The notes beneath the pieces are model-generated. The model had not been told where the DNA came from and searched no databases. It worked only from the letters and a program-made list of their open reading frames with translations. This document shows positions 7,428 through 16,158 of a DNA stretch of 16,158 bases, in pieces; the stretch's first letter is position 1, and every line of letters starts with the position of its first letter. The stretch comes from Chthoniobacteraceae bacterium (GTDB lineage: Bacteria > Verrucomicrobiota > Verrucomicrobiia > Chthoniobacterales > Chthoniobacteraceae), in assembly GCA_040081625.1 (NCBI GenBank), contig JBEBGD010000120.1:1-16158 (forward strand). The letters run 5' to 3'. Both the position numbers and the translations under genes were made by a program.

Positions 7428-10400
7428 ATGAAACAATTCCATCGCGCCTCCCACGTCCCGAAAATGCCGCTTCGCTCCGGCCTCAAATATCTCGCCGCTG
7501 CACTCGGGCTTTTCTGCACGACCGCCACGAGCTTCGCGGACCTGGATTCGATGAACATGGATGTGTGGAAGCTGCTCTTCGGGGTGACGCCCGCGCAGGC
7601 CGCGGACAACGTCTGGCTGGCGGCTGACACCGACGGCGACGGATTCAGCAACGCCAAGGAACTGGCGACAGGCACGAATCCATTCAGCCCCGCAAAGGCG
7701 ATCAAGGTCAGCAAGGTCGTGCTCAGTGGTGGCAACGCGGAGCTGGATTTCCCGACTGAATCCGGCAAGCGCTACCGGGCGCAATGCACGAGCTCGATCA
7801 GCTCCCCGACCTGGTTGATCGTGACGAGCGGCCCGACCACGATGGTCAACGGCAGCGGCGGGACCATGACGCTTTCGGTGACACACCCGGGCGATTGCTT
7901 TTACCGCATCCTCGTGGACGACGTGGACGCGGACAGCGACGGCTTGAGCGACTGGGCAGAGCATGCATCGGGCTTCGATCCGAACAACCCGACGACCAAC
8001 GGCTCGCCCGACGCCGCGGCGCTGACGGCGGCGATCGCGAACTCGAACGTCGTGAGCGTGGCGGTCACCCGCTCGAGCGCGACACAGCCGGCGGACGCGA
8101 TGACCGCGGCGGTCGAGAGCGGCTCGATCGTGATCTCGCGTGCGGGCATTCTGAAGTTCAATCCCATCACCATCCCACTGCAGAAGTCCGGCACCGCGCT
8201 GGAGGGCGCCGACTACGACAGCCTGCCTGCGTCGGTGACGCTGACCGCCGGCGTGCCGCAGGTGGTCCTGACCATCAATCCCAAGCACTACAGCGCGCGC
8301 AGGACGAACGTGACCGCGACGGTAAAGGTGCTCGCAGGGGCCAACTACACGCTCGGAGCTACGACGAGCGGAAGCGTGCTCATCAATCCGCCGGGCCTCT
8401 CGAACGGGACCGGGTTGACGGGATACTACCAGAACCAGGGGAGTTCCACCTACTCGACGCAGGCGCCATATTTTGAGACCCCGCCGGAGATGACGCGGGT
8501 CGATCCGGTGATCGATTTTTCGAACCGGATCGCGAGCGTCGCCGTCGGCAATCCCGGCACGATCACGACGGTTCGCCCGCACGAGCTGTCGGCGGCATCG
8601 AACGTCCGGATCAGCGGCGTGACTGGCGGCACGTTCAACGGCGGGTCAACGACGATCAATGCGACCCTCCGGGCAGTGCCGACCGGAGCGAATACCTTTT
8701 ATTTGCAGAACACCGCCGGGACCACCAACGTCAACTGCACCGTCGTCCCGACTTCGCTGACGGCCTCGCTGCTCGGCGGCACGAATGGCTGGGATAGTGC
8801 GACCGGCCCGGTGGGATTGTCCACTGCCGCGGCAGGCGGATCGTGGTCGGTGCGCTGGATCGGCCAGGTGCTCCCGAAGTATTCGGAGCGGTATTACTTC
8901 GACTTCCGCAGCGATGACGGCGCGAAGGTGTGGGTCAATGGCAAGCTGCTGATCGACCGCTGGTTCTCGCAAGGCGCCACCGATTACGTCAACTGGATCG
9001 CGCTCAAGGCGGGCGTGCTCTACGACATCAAGATCGAATACTTCTCGAATGCCGGCGCCTCGCCGACGAATGCGGAGGCCCGCCTCTACTGGTGGAGCCT
9101 GAGCCAGCCGAAGGAGATCGTGCCGCAAAGCCGGCTCTTCCCGGAACCGACGCTTGCAAACAAGTTCACGGCGATCACCTCGGCGCTCAAGGCCACCGGT
9201 TATGTCGGCGTCCCGTTCTCGTTCGCGCTCACTTCCACGATCACCGGCGGCACGACGACCTATGCTCTCTCCGCGGACAGCGGCCCGCTCCCGCTTGGGC
9301 TGACGCTCGACCCGGCCACCGGCGTGATTTCCGGCACCCCGAGTGTCGCAGGCAAATATAATGTCGCGATCAACTCGACCAATGCCGCGGCAGGCGCGCC
9401 GACCGGCAGCACGGTCGTGGACATCACCATCTTCCCGACCGGCTCGATCACCCGCGAGACGCTCGCGGGCAATGGCGCCATCACCGCCGATGGCACCATC
9501 CCCGCGCTCGACGACGACACGGACTATCCCGACAACACCTCCCGGCGCCTGCGCGGCTATTTCGTGCCGCCGAAGACGGGCAACTATTACTTCTGGCTCG
9601 CGGCGAGCAGCAGCGCGGAGCTGTATCTCTCGAACGACTTCGAGTCGGTCAATCGCGTCCGCCGCGCGACGGTGGCGAGCAACACCGGCAAGAAGGTCTG
9701 GAACGTCGTTCCCGCCCAGCCGCAGCAGTCGCAATGGCTCGCGTTGGTTGAGGGCGAACGGTATTACATCGAGGTGCTCCACAACACCGGCACCGAGGCC
9801 GACGACTTCGTGAACGTGGGCTGGCTGCAGGACGATGTGGGCACGGTGCTGGCGGTGACCGGCGCTGCAAACCCGACGGGCGCGACGCCGCAAATCCCCG
9901 ATGGGGGCGCAGCTCTCCAAGGCTATCCATTCAGCGGCACGATGCCGAGCCACGTCTTCCAGCCGTATGATTATCCAAACGTGACGCCGTCCGACGGCGC
10001 CCTGTATGCCGCAAACATGGGGCCGCAGACCAGCGCACAGACCAGCGCCAGTGGCTCGGTGAACCTGCGCGTGAACGCCGCGGGCACGCAGGCCATTCTC
10101 TACTTCAACTATCAGGGCCTGGGCTCCCCGCGCACCGCCTATCATCTGCATGTCGATGGATACACCGGCATGGGGAATGTCCTCCATCAAGCGGGCGAGA
10201 TCATTTACGACATCGACGACGCGGACTTCTTCAACACGAAGACTGCCGACGGGGGCTACATCTGGGACTTCGCGCCAAGTGGCAGCTTCGGCAGCATCGC
10301 CCAAATCCTCGAGGCGATCACACTGGGCAAAGTCTATCTGAACGTCCATTCGGTCACGTATCCGAACGGCGAAATCCGCGGCACGCTCCAGAAGATCGAC

Positions 10401-13400
10401 GGCTCGCAGACGCCACCCGTCGCGGGGATCTACGCCGAACCGACCGCCACGGACCTTGCCACGACCGACGCAGGCGCGGCGCGCTTCCTGAACCAGGCGA
10501 CCTTCGGCGCCAGCCCGACGGACATCGCCTACGTGAAGGCCAACGGCTTCGAGGCGTGGATCGACGACCAACTGACCAAGACACCCGGCATCACCTCGAA
10601 CGATGTCGTCGCGGGAATCTCCGCGGACATCAACCAGCCGTTCCCCTCGACGCTCTTCACCAATACGTGGTGGAAGTATTCGATCACCAGCCCGGACCAG
10701 TTGCGGCAGCGCGTCGCCTTCGCGCTGAGCGAAATCCTGGTCGTCTCGTGGCAGGACAACGTCGGCCCGCTCCGGGACAACGGCCGCATCCTCGCGGACT
10801 ACTATGACAACCTCCTGGTCTTCGGCCTGCCGACGCCCGGCGTCACCGACAGCGGCAACTTCCGCGGCGTGCTCAAGGGAGTCACGCTGACGCCGGCGAT
10901 GGGTCTCTTCCTCGACATGCGGGGCAACCAGAAGGGCGACATCACCATCGGCCGCCACCCGAACGAGAACTATGCGCGCGAGATCAAGCAGCTCTTCTCG
11001 ATCGGGCTGTTCCGGATGTGGGACGACGGCAAGTTCGTCCTCGGCACAGACGCGGGCCTGGTGCCGACCTACTCGCAGCCGAGCATCCTAGGTCTCTCCG
11101 CCTTGCTGACCGGATGGAACTACGCGCAGAACAACCAGGGCAATGGACGCGCGCCGTCCAACTTCGGACCGGCCGCCGATTACCTCAACCCGATGGTGCT
11201 CGTGCCGGCCCGCCACGAACTCGCTTCCAAGTTGCTCCTCAACAACGTCGTGAGCCCTGGTGCCACCGGCCTCACACCGCGAGTGACGGTGACCAACGTC
11301 AGCGTCGCTTCTCCGAGCGTCATCACCAGTTCAACGCCACACGGTTTGAGCGTCGGCGACACCGTCCGGATCGCGAATATCGGCGGCGGCGCGTTCACCC
11401 CCTCGACGATCAATGCGGTCCACCAGGTGACCAAGATCGTCAGTGACCTCGCCTTCGAAGTCGGCATCAACTGCACGAGCGGCACGGGCCTCAGCTATGT
11501 GAACGCCGTCGCCACCGGCCCGACCGTGCTCTCGCCGACCTTTTCCTCGTCGCAATATGCCCTGACGTCGAGCGTCGTGCCGGTCACGGGTTCCCAAGCC
11601 GATACCGCCGGGACTGGAGCCAATCATCCCTACGACCTCTACGGCCTGAAGGAACTCGAAATCGCGATCGACAATATCGTGCAGAACGACGCCACCGCGC
11701 CATTCATCTGCCGGCGCCTCATCCAGCGGCTCACGACCAGCGACCCGAGCCCGGGCTATGTCTATCGCGTGGTGCAGAAGTTCAAAAACAATGGCTCCGG
11801 CGTGCGCGGCGACATGGCGGCGGTCGTCAAGCAGATCCTGCTCGATGGCGAAGCCCGCAGCTACGGCCTGCCGCAGGGCACCTTCACGACGGACGATCGA
11901 AACGCGTTCGGCAAGCAGCGCGAGCCGATGCTCCGCCTGACCGGCCCGGCCCGCGCCTTCCCGGCGAACCCCTACACCGGCACTTACACCCAGCTCACCG
12001 GACTCAACGCACACAAGCTGCGCATCACCACCTCGAACCTGAACGACTTCAGTGCGGGCTTCACGGTCAACCTCAACTTCCGGGGCAATTACACGACGAC
12101 CAACCCGCCGAGCCCCTACTCGAATCCGACGAGCACCAACTACAGCGTGGCTTCGACCTCTGGAATCGCCTCCACCCATACCGAGATCTCGAGCATCACA
12201 CCGGGAAGTCCTACCGTGATCACAACCGCGACTCCGCACGGATTGACGACAGGCAACACGGTGACGTGCAACGCAGTGTCGGGCACCTTTGTCGGCACCA
12301 GCATCAATACAGCTCAACTTGCGACGGTGATCGATGCCACCTCGTTCTCGATTCCGATCAACTCGACCCGCACTTTCCAGGTCGTGTCGGTCTCCACCGG
12401 GAATCCCTGCACGATCACTACAGCCGCGCCACACGGTCTGCCCGTCGGCACCAGCAGCGTGACCTTCAACGGGATCACCGGCGGGACGTTCAGTCCGGCT
12501 ATCAACGCGACGTTCACGGCGACCTATTCCGGAGCCGATCCAAATACCTTCACGGTTCCCTCGAACTGCACAGTCGCTCCGACTTCCATCACGCTCGCGC
12601 GGCATGTGAGCAATCCGTGCAAGATCACGACAGTTGAGCCTCACGGCTTGAGCAATGGCACCAGCATCACGATCACCTTAATCAGTGGCGGAACCTTCAG
12701 CCCGAGTCCGAACAATAACAGCTTCGCCGTGACGGTGGTCGATGGGAACTCGTTCACGATCCCGGTCAACTGCACCGCAGCGGCGACCGTCAACACAGGC
12801 AGCATCGTCGGCGGCCTGTCGCTCGATGTCGCGGCCACCGGGATGGTCAACGTGAGCTATTCGCAGCCAGCGGGATCCAATATCCTGACTGTGAACACCA
12901 GCGGTCCGCAGACCGACGTGAACGTGCCCGGCACGACGGTGAGCATTACGAGCATCTCAACTGGAAACCCATGCACGGTGACTACCTCGGCCAACCATAA
13001 CCTCGTGACTGGCGGGGTCGTGTCGATCGCGGGGATTACTGACGGGACTTTTCCCGCCTTTCCTTCGGGCATCAATGGCAGCCATGTGCCGACAGTGATC
13101 GACAGCACGTCGTTCACGATCCCGGTGAATTGCACTGATGCGCCGACACCCAGCACCGGCACGACGGCCAAGCTCACCCGCAGTCGGGTGTATTTGATGT
13201 TCATCAACCAGACGGCGGCGGGAGGCGCGGTAATCGCGACCGACGGCATCCACGACGTGCGGACCCGGCCAAGCGGCAGTTCCTTCACCGTCTTCACGCC
13301 CGATACGCCGGCGACCGCCCGTGGCGGCTTCGTGATCGTCCCGAAGATTTCCACGAGCTATACGCCGACGAGCAACAAAGTGGCTCCGATCGTCACGAAC

Positions 13401-14231
13401 TCAGTCGTGGTCTTCAATACGAACGTGAATCACAACTTCCAAGCTGGCGATCTTTTCTGGGCGGACGTGCCGGTCGTGGGCAGCCCGCTAATCGATGCGG
13501 AATACATCGTGCCGGCGCGAACGGTCGTAGGGGTCAATGTGGACTACGGCATCGACGACGAAGACCACGTGCGAGTTTCCTATCTCCCGGCTGCGCTAAA
13601 CGGAGGGACGTATCCGAAGCCGTCGGGCTCGAATAACGGCGTCACCCTCTACCCACTGGTGCCGCCGCCGCTTGGGCGCTCGGGAAATGTCACCATCAAC
13701 CAGAGCACGTTCAACCTCGGCGGGACCGACGGTTCGCTCACGCAGTCCCCGCTAAACGCGCCGACCGTGTTCAACTACTACTTCTCCGACTACAAGTTCC
13801 CCGGCGTGCTGGCAAACGGCGGAGTGGATTCGCCCGAGTTCCAGCTCACCACCGACACGAACGTGGTGAACCTCACCAACAGCATCGTGAACATGATCAT
13901 CGGGACGGGCGGCGGAAACTCGAATGTGGCCGGCCTGTCGAGCTTCAGCAACGGCAATAGCTCGGTGGTGATCGACATCGCGCCTTATGTGGATAGCACG
14001 GCCGAGGGAGCGATCCCGGGCTTGGTGGATCAACTGGCGGACCTGCTGATCGGCGCGCCGCTGACGACCACTACGCGGAACGCGATTATCAACTTCGTGA
14101 ACCACAAGAATGGGAGCAACGTCCTCGACTACCTGCCCTACACGACGCCGACACCGCTGCAGAAGCGTGACCGGGCCCGGGCGATCATTCACCTCATCAT
14201 CACCTCTGCCGAATACGCAGTTCAAAAGTAG
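7428..14231 (+). CDS. Giant secreted DUF1800-family protein (signal peptide, DxDxDG motifs, Calx-beta/Ig-like, PA14, putative Ig (He_PIG), second PA14, CHRD, DUF1800 with inserted repeats)
   Basis: Sec-type signal ...[25 protein letters not shown] at ~7626 and DADSDG at ~7926. PA14: GTGLTGYY...SVRWIGQV...[16 protein letters not shown]. Ig-like: [27 protein letters not shown]...[17 protein letters not shown] (~10000-10390). DUF1800 motifs from ~10470: [72 protein letters not shown]. Alternative start at 7464. Confidence 0.93.
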   Translation: MKQFHRASHVPKMPLRSGLKYLAAALGLFCTTATSFADLDSMNMDVWKLLFGVTPAQAADNVWLAADTDGDGFSNAKELATGTNPFSPAKAIKVSKVVLSGGNAELDFPTESGKRYRAQCTSSISSPTWLIVTSGPTTMVNGSGGTMTLSVTHPGDCFYRILVDDVDADSDGLSDWAEHASGFDPNNPTTNGSPDAAALTAAIANSNVVSVAVTRSSATQPADAMTAAVESGSIVISRAGILKFNPITIPLQKSGTALEGADYDSLPASVTLTAGVPQVVLTINPKHYSARRTNVTATVKVLAGANYTLGATTSGSVLINPPGLSNGTGLTGYYQNQGSSTYSTQAPYFETPPEMTRVDPVIDFSNRIASVAVGNPGTITTVRPHELSAASNVRISGVTGGTFNGGSTTINATLRAVPTGANTFYLQNTAGTTNVNCTVVPTSLTASLLGGTNGWDSATGPVGLSTAAAGGSWSVRWIGQVLPKYSERYYFDFRSDDGAKVWVNGKLLIDRWFSQGATDYVNWIALKAGVLYDIKIEYFSNAGASPTNAEARLYWWSLSQPKEIVPQSRLFPEPTLANKFTAITSALKATGYVGVPFSFALTSTITGGTTTYALSADSGPLPLGLTLDPATGVISGTPSVAGKYNVAINSTNAAAGAPTGSTVVDITIFPTGSITRETLAGNGAITADGTIPALDDDTDYPDNTSRRLRGYFVPPKTGNYYFWLAASSSAELYLSNDFESVNRVRRATVASNTGKKVWNVVPAQPQQSQWLALVEGERYYIEVLHNTGTEADDFVNVGWLQDDVGTVLAVTGAANPTGATPQIPDGGAALQGYPFSGTMPSHVFQPYDYPNVTPSDGALYAANMGPQTSAQTSASGSVNLRVNAAGTQAILYFNYQGLGSPRTAYHLHVDGYTGMGNVLHQAGEIIYDIDDADFFNTKTADGGYIWDFAPSGSFGSIAQILEAITLGKVYLNVHSVTYPNGEIRGTLQKIDGSQTPPVAGIYAEPTATDLATTDAGAARFLNQATFGASPTDIAYVKANGFEAWIDDQLTKTPGITSNDVVAGISADINQPFPSTLFTNTWWKYSITSPDQLRQRVAFALSEILVVSWQDNVGPLRDNGRILADYYDNLLVFGLPTPGVTDSGNFRGVLKGVTLTPAMGLFLDMRGNQKGDITIGRHPNENYAREIKQLFSIGLFRMWDDGKFVLGTDAGLVPTYSQPSILGLSALLTGWNYAQNNQGNGRAPSNFGPAADYLNPMVLVPARHELASKLLLNNVVSPGATGLTPRVTVTNVSVASPSVITSSTPHGLSVGDTVRIANIGGGAFTPSTINAVHQVTKIVSDLAFEVGINCTSGTGLSYVNAVATGPTVLSPTFSSSQYALTSSVVPVTGSQADTAGTGANHPYDLYGLKELEIAIDNIVQNDATAPFICRRLIQRLTTSDPSPGYVYRVVQKFKNNGSGVRGDMAAVVKQILLDGEARSYGLPQGTFTTDDRNAFGKQREPMLRLTGPARAFPANPYTGTYTQLTGLNAHKLRITTSNLNDFSAGFTVNLNFRGNYTTTNPPSPYSNPTSTNYSVASTSGIASTHTEISSITPGSPTVITTATPHGLTTGNTVTCNAVSGTFVGTSINTAQLATVIDATSFSIPINSTRTFQVVSVSTGNPCTITTAAPHGLPVGTSSVTFNGITGGTFSPAINATFTATYSGADPNTFTVPSNCTVAPTSITLARHVSNPCKITTVEPHGLSNGTSITITLISGGTFSPSPNNNSFAVTVVDGNSFTIPVNCTAAATVNTGSIVGGLSLDVAATGMVNVSYSQPAGSNILTVNTSGPQTDVNVPGTTVSITSISTGNPCTVTTSANHNLVTGGVVSIAGITDGTFPAFPSGINGSHVPTVIDSTSFTIPVNCTDAPTPSTGTTAKLTRSRVYLMFINQTAAGGAVIATDGIHDVRTRPSGSSFTVFTPDTPATARGGFVIVPKISTSYTPTSNKVAPIVTNSVVVFNTNVNHNFQAGDLFWADVPVVGSPLIDAEYIVPARTVVGVNVDYGIDDEDHVRVSYLPAALNGGTYPKPSGSNNGVTLYPLVPPPLGRSGNVTINQSTFNLGGTDGSLTQSPLNAPTVFNYYFSDYKFPGVLANGGVDSPEFQLTTDTNVVNLTNSIVNMIIGTGGGNSNVAGLSSFSNGNSSVVIDIAPYVDSTAEGAIPGLVDQLADLLIGAPLTTTTRNAIINFVNHKNGSNVLDYLPYTTPTPLQKRDRARAIIHLIITSAEYAVQK
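8526..13160 (+). repeat. Six dispersed intragenic copies of a ~70-aa module (I.S...NP..ITT..PHGL..G..V.I.GI.GGTF...IN....[12 protein letters not shown]), E1-FCCH-like
   Basis: Copies at about 8526-8745, 11283-11480, 12183-12370, 12375-12575, 12588-12780 and 12939-13140. An exact 17-bp DNA repeat TCGTTCACGATCCCGGT occurs at 12750 and 13110. Confidence 0.85.
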
Positions 14232-14238
14232 CACTCCC

Positions 14239-15870
14239 ATGAAAAAAGACCGCTTCGCCCTCGAGATGAACCGCCGGAAATTCATCCGCCACACGGCGTG
14301 TGCCGCCCTCGGCACCGCCGCGATGAGCAACTGCATCCGCGACCTGCACCTGATCAATGCCGCGCTGGCCGAGGGTCCGTTCACGGACTACAAGGCGCTG
14401 GTTTGCATCTTCCTCGGTGGAGGCAATGACGCGAACAACCTGATCATCCCGACCATCGCCGAGGAGCACGCGAACTACGCGAGCATCCGCACGCCCGTGC
14501 TGGCGATCCCGAATGCGGATGGCGGTCCGGCGACGGCGCAGGCGCTCAATTCCCTCGTCAGCGACGGACACAACTACGGCCTGCACCCGGCCATGGCGGA
14601 GCTTGCGAAGATGTTCAACCAAACCACGGGATTCACCGGCCTCGGCAAGGTGGCCCCGATCTTGAACACCGGCCCGCTCGTCTTCCCGATGACCAAGGCT
14701 CAGTATGTGGCCAACTCGGTCCAGAAACCGCCGCAGCTCTTCTCGCATAGCGATCAGGTCACCCAATGGCACACGTCGATCCCGGATCAGCCGCCGGCCA
14801 CGGGCTGGGCGGGGCGCATGGCCGACCTGCTCCACTCGACCAATCCGCAAAACGGCGCGCTGGATCTGCTCTCGACGTGCATCACGATCGCCGGCGCGAA
14901 CACCTTCCAGGTCGGCCAGAACGTCCAGCAGTATGCGGTGGGAACAGGCGGCGTGGTGTCCATCGCCAACCCGGCCAACCCCTCGACTGCCACCACCGCG
15001 CGCAACAACGCGCTCAACGCCATCCTTGCCGGCAACAAAACCGACAACAATCTGTTCACCAAGAGCTACGCCGGGGCCGTCGATAGCACGATCGCGACGG
15101 GCGCGGCGCTGAGCACGGCGCTGACCAGCTCACAGATGGCTTCCTATTACACGACGGTCGGCAACTGGAGCAAAACGGCCACGGCCAATCAGGTCGTCAC
15201 CCCCAATGGCGGCTCGACCTTTACCTCCAACCTCATGGCGCAGCTGAAGATGGTCGCGCAGATCATCGAGGCGGGCTACCGCGCCAGCGGGGTCAATGGC
15301 GGGCTGGGCATGAAGCGGCAGATCTTCTTCGTGTCGGTCGGCGGCTACGACACCCACACCGGCCAGACGAACAACCAGACTGCCAGCGATGGTTCGCTCT
15401 CGATCAACAACGCGACCGTCATCCTCGGCTCCCATGCCAACCTGCTGGCCGAGGTCAGCCAGTGCGTGTGGGCGTTCCAGAAGGCGATGAAGAATATCGG
15501 AGACACCTATGTGGACCCGGACTTCATCAACCGCGTCACCTCCTTCACCGCGAGCGACTTTGGCCGCACCTTCCCCGGCAACGGCCTCGGCAGCGATCAT
15601 GGATGGGGCAGCCACCACCTGGTCGTCGGCGGCGCCGTCAACGGCCAGCGCACCTACGGCACCTACCCGGTCCTCACCGTCGGTGGACCGGACGACACCA
15701 GCACCGGCCGCTGGATTCCCACCACGTCGGTCGATACGTATTCGGCCACACTCGCGAAGTGGATGGGCATCAATGAGAGCAGCATGGCTGGACTCTTTCC
15801 AAACCTCACGCGCTTCCCCGGCTCGTATGGATCGCCGACCGGCCCCGGCTATCTCGGCTTCATGACGTAG
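14239..15870 (+). CDS. DUF1501 domain-containing protein with Tat signal peptide
   Basis: The ATG at 14239 is 7 bp after the DUF1800 stop. Twin-arginine NRRKFI with ...AALA cleavage. Motifs [51 protein letters not shown] and [13 protein letters not shown]1501 is the usual neighbour of DUF1800. Confidence 0.93.
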   Translation: MKKDRFALEMNRRKFIRHTACAALGTAAMSNCIRDLHLINAALAEGPFTDYKALVCIFLGGGNDANNLIIPTIAEEHANYASIRTPVLAIPNADGGPATAQALNSLVSDGHNYGLHPAMAELAKMFNQTTGFTGLGKVAPILNTGPLVFPMTKAQYVANSVQKPPQLFSHSDQVTQWHTSIPDQPPATGWAGRMADLLHSTNPQNGALDLLSTCITIAGANTFQVGQNVQQYAVGTGGVVSIANPANPSTATTARNNALNAILAGNKTDNNLFTKSYAGAVDSTIATGAALSTALTSSQMASYYTTVGNWSKTATANQVVTPNGGSTFTSNLMAQLKMVAQIIEAGYRASGVNGGLGMKRQIFFVSVGGYDTHTGQTNNQTASDGSLSINNATVILGSHANLLAEVSQCVWAFQKAMKNIGDTYVDPDFINRVTSFTASDFGRTFPGNGLGSDHGWGSHHLVVGGAVNGQRTYGTYPVLTVGGPDDTSTGRWIPTTSVDTYSATLAKWMGINESSMAGLFPNLTRFPGSYGSPTGPGYLGFMT

Positions 15871-15891
15871 CCGCGTCCCGCGCGATTCTCG

Positions 15892-16158
15892 ATGAAATAT
15901 AAGATCGGGATCATCGTCGCCGCGGGTCTGGTGATCGCATCGCTCGTGGCCTTGCTCATGCCGCCGGGCGAGCTGCCCGTGCCACCGCTTCCGCCCATCG
16001 CGCCCGATCCGATCGCGCAGGAATCCCCCGCCCTCGCGCCGCGCGAGCCGGCGCGCCCGCCCGCGAAGACTTCGCTGCCGCCCGCACCGCGCGAACAACC
16101 CGCTCCCGCGCCGACTGGTATCCCATCGCGTCCCGCCGAACCCGCACCGGCACCACGC
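15892..16158 (+). CDS. Hypothetical single-pass membrane protein with Pro-rich linker, partial (runs off the right edge)
   Basis: Hand translation: MKYKIGIIVAAGLVIASLVALLMPPGELPVPPLPPIAPDPIAQESPALAPREPARPPAKTSLPPAPREQPAPAPTGIPSRPAEPAPAPR. It is open for 89 codons and starts 21 bp after the DUF1501 stop. Not in the ORF track. Confidence 0.8.
   Translation, partial: MKYKIGIIVAAGLVIASLVALLMPPGELPVPPLPPIAPDPIAQESPALAPREPARPPAKTSLPPAPREQPAPAPTGIPSRPAEPAPAPR

Noticed and set aside
11967..13700. Intein or Hint domain as the explanation for the large DUF1800 insertion
   Set aside because: No intein block motifs, terminal His-Asn or homing-endonuclease signature. The content is repeated beta modules.
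14110..14238. Upstream start of the DUF1501 ORF at 14110
   Set aside because: It would overlap the DUF1800 gene by 122 bp and bury the Tat signal. The ATG at 14239 (or 14266) fits better.

Overview
GC-rich bacterial chromosomal window. The gene content (DUF1800/DUF1501 pair, short A|FTLIE prepilin-like protein, CAAAC-rich 5' UTR) suggests Verrucomicrobia, but that is inference. From left to right: (1) a minus-strand gene that runs off the left edge and is missing from the ORF track; (2) upstream of it, a ~5.3-copy 42-bp tandem array built from alternating palindromes, and a candidate sigma70-type promoter/operator; (3) a 3xPAS hybrid histidine kinase; (4) an ABC-2-type exporter pair; (5) a membrane protein; (6) an orphan prepilin-type protein; (7) a probable three-gene envelope operon. 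The operon encodes a 2267-aa secreted DUF1800 protein (DxDxDG motifs, two PA14, Ig-like, CHRD, DUF1800), a Tat-exported DUF1501 protein and a membrane-anchored Pro-rich protein cut by the right edge. Two signals stand out. First, a ~70-aa beta-rich 'NP..ITT..PHGL...NCT' module is inserted six times into the giant protein, inside other domains and apparently nested inside a second repeat type, with shifted codon usage. Second, the palindromic tandem array lies between the candidate promoter and the uncharacterised left-edge gene. All family assignments come from motif recognition by eye, not from database searches.
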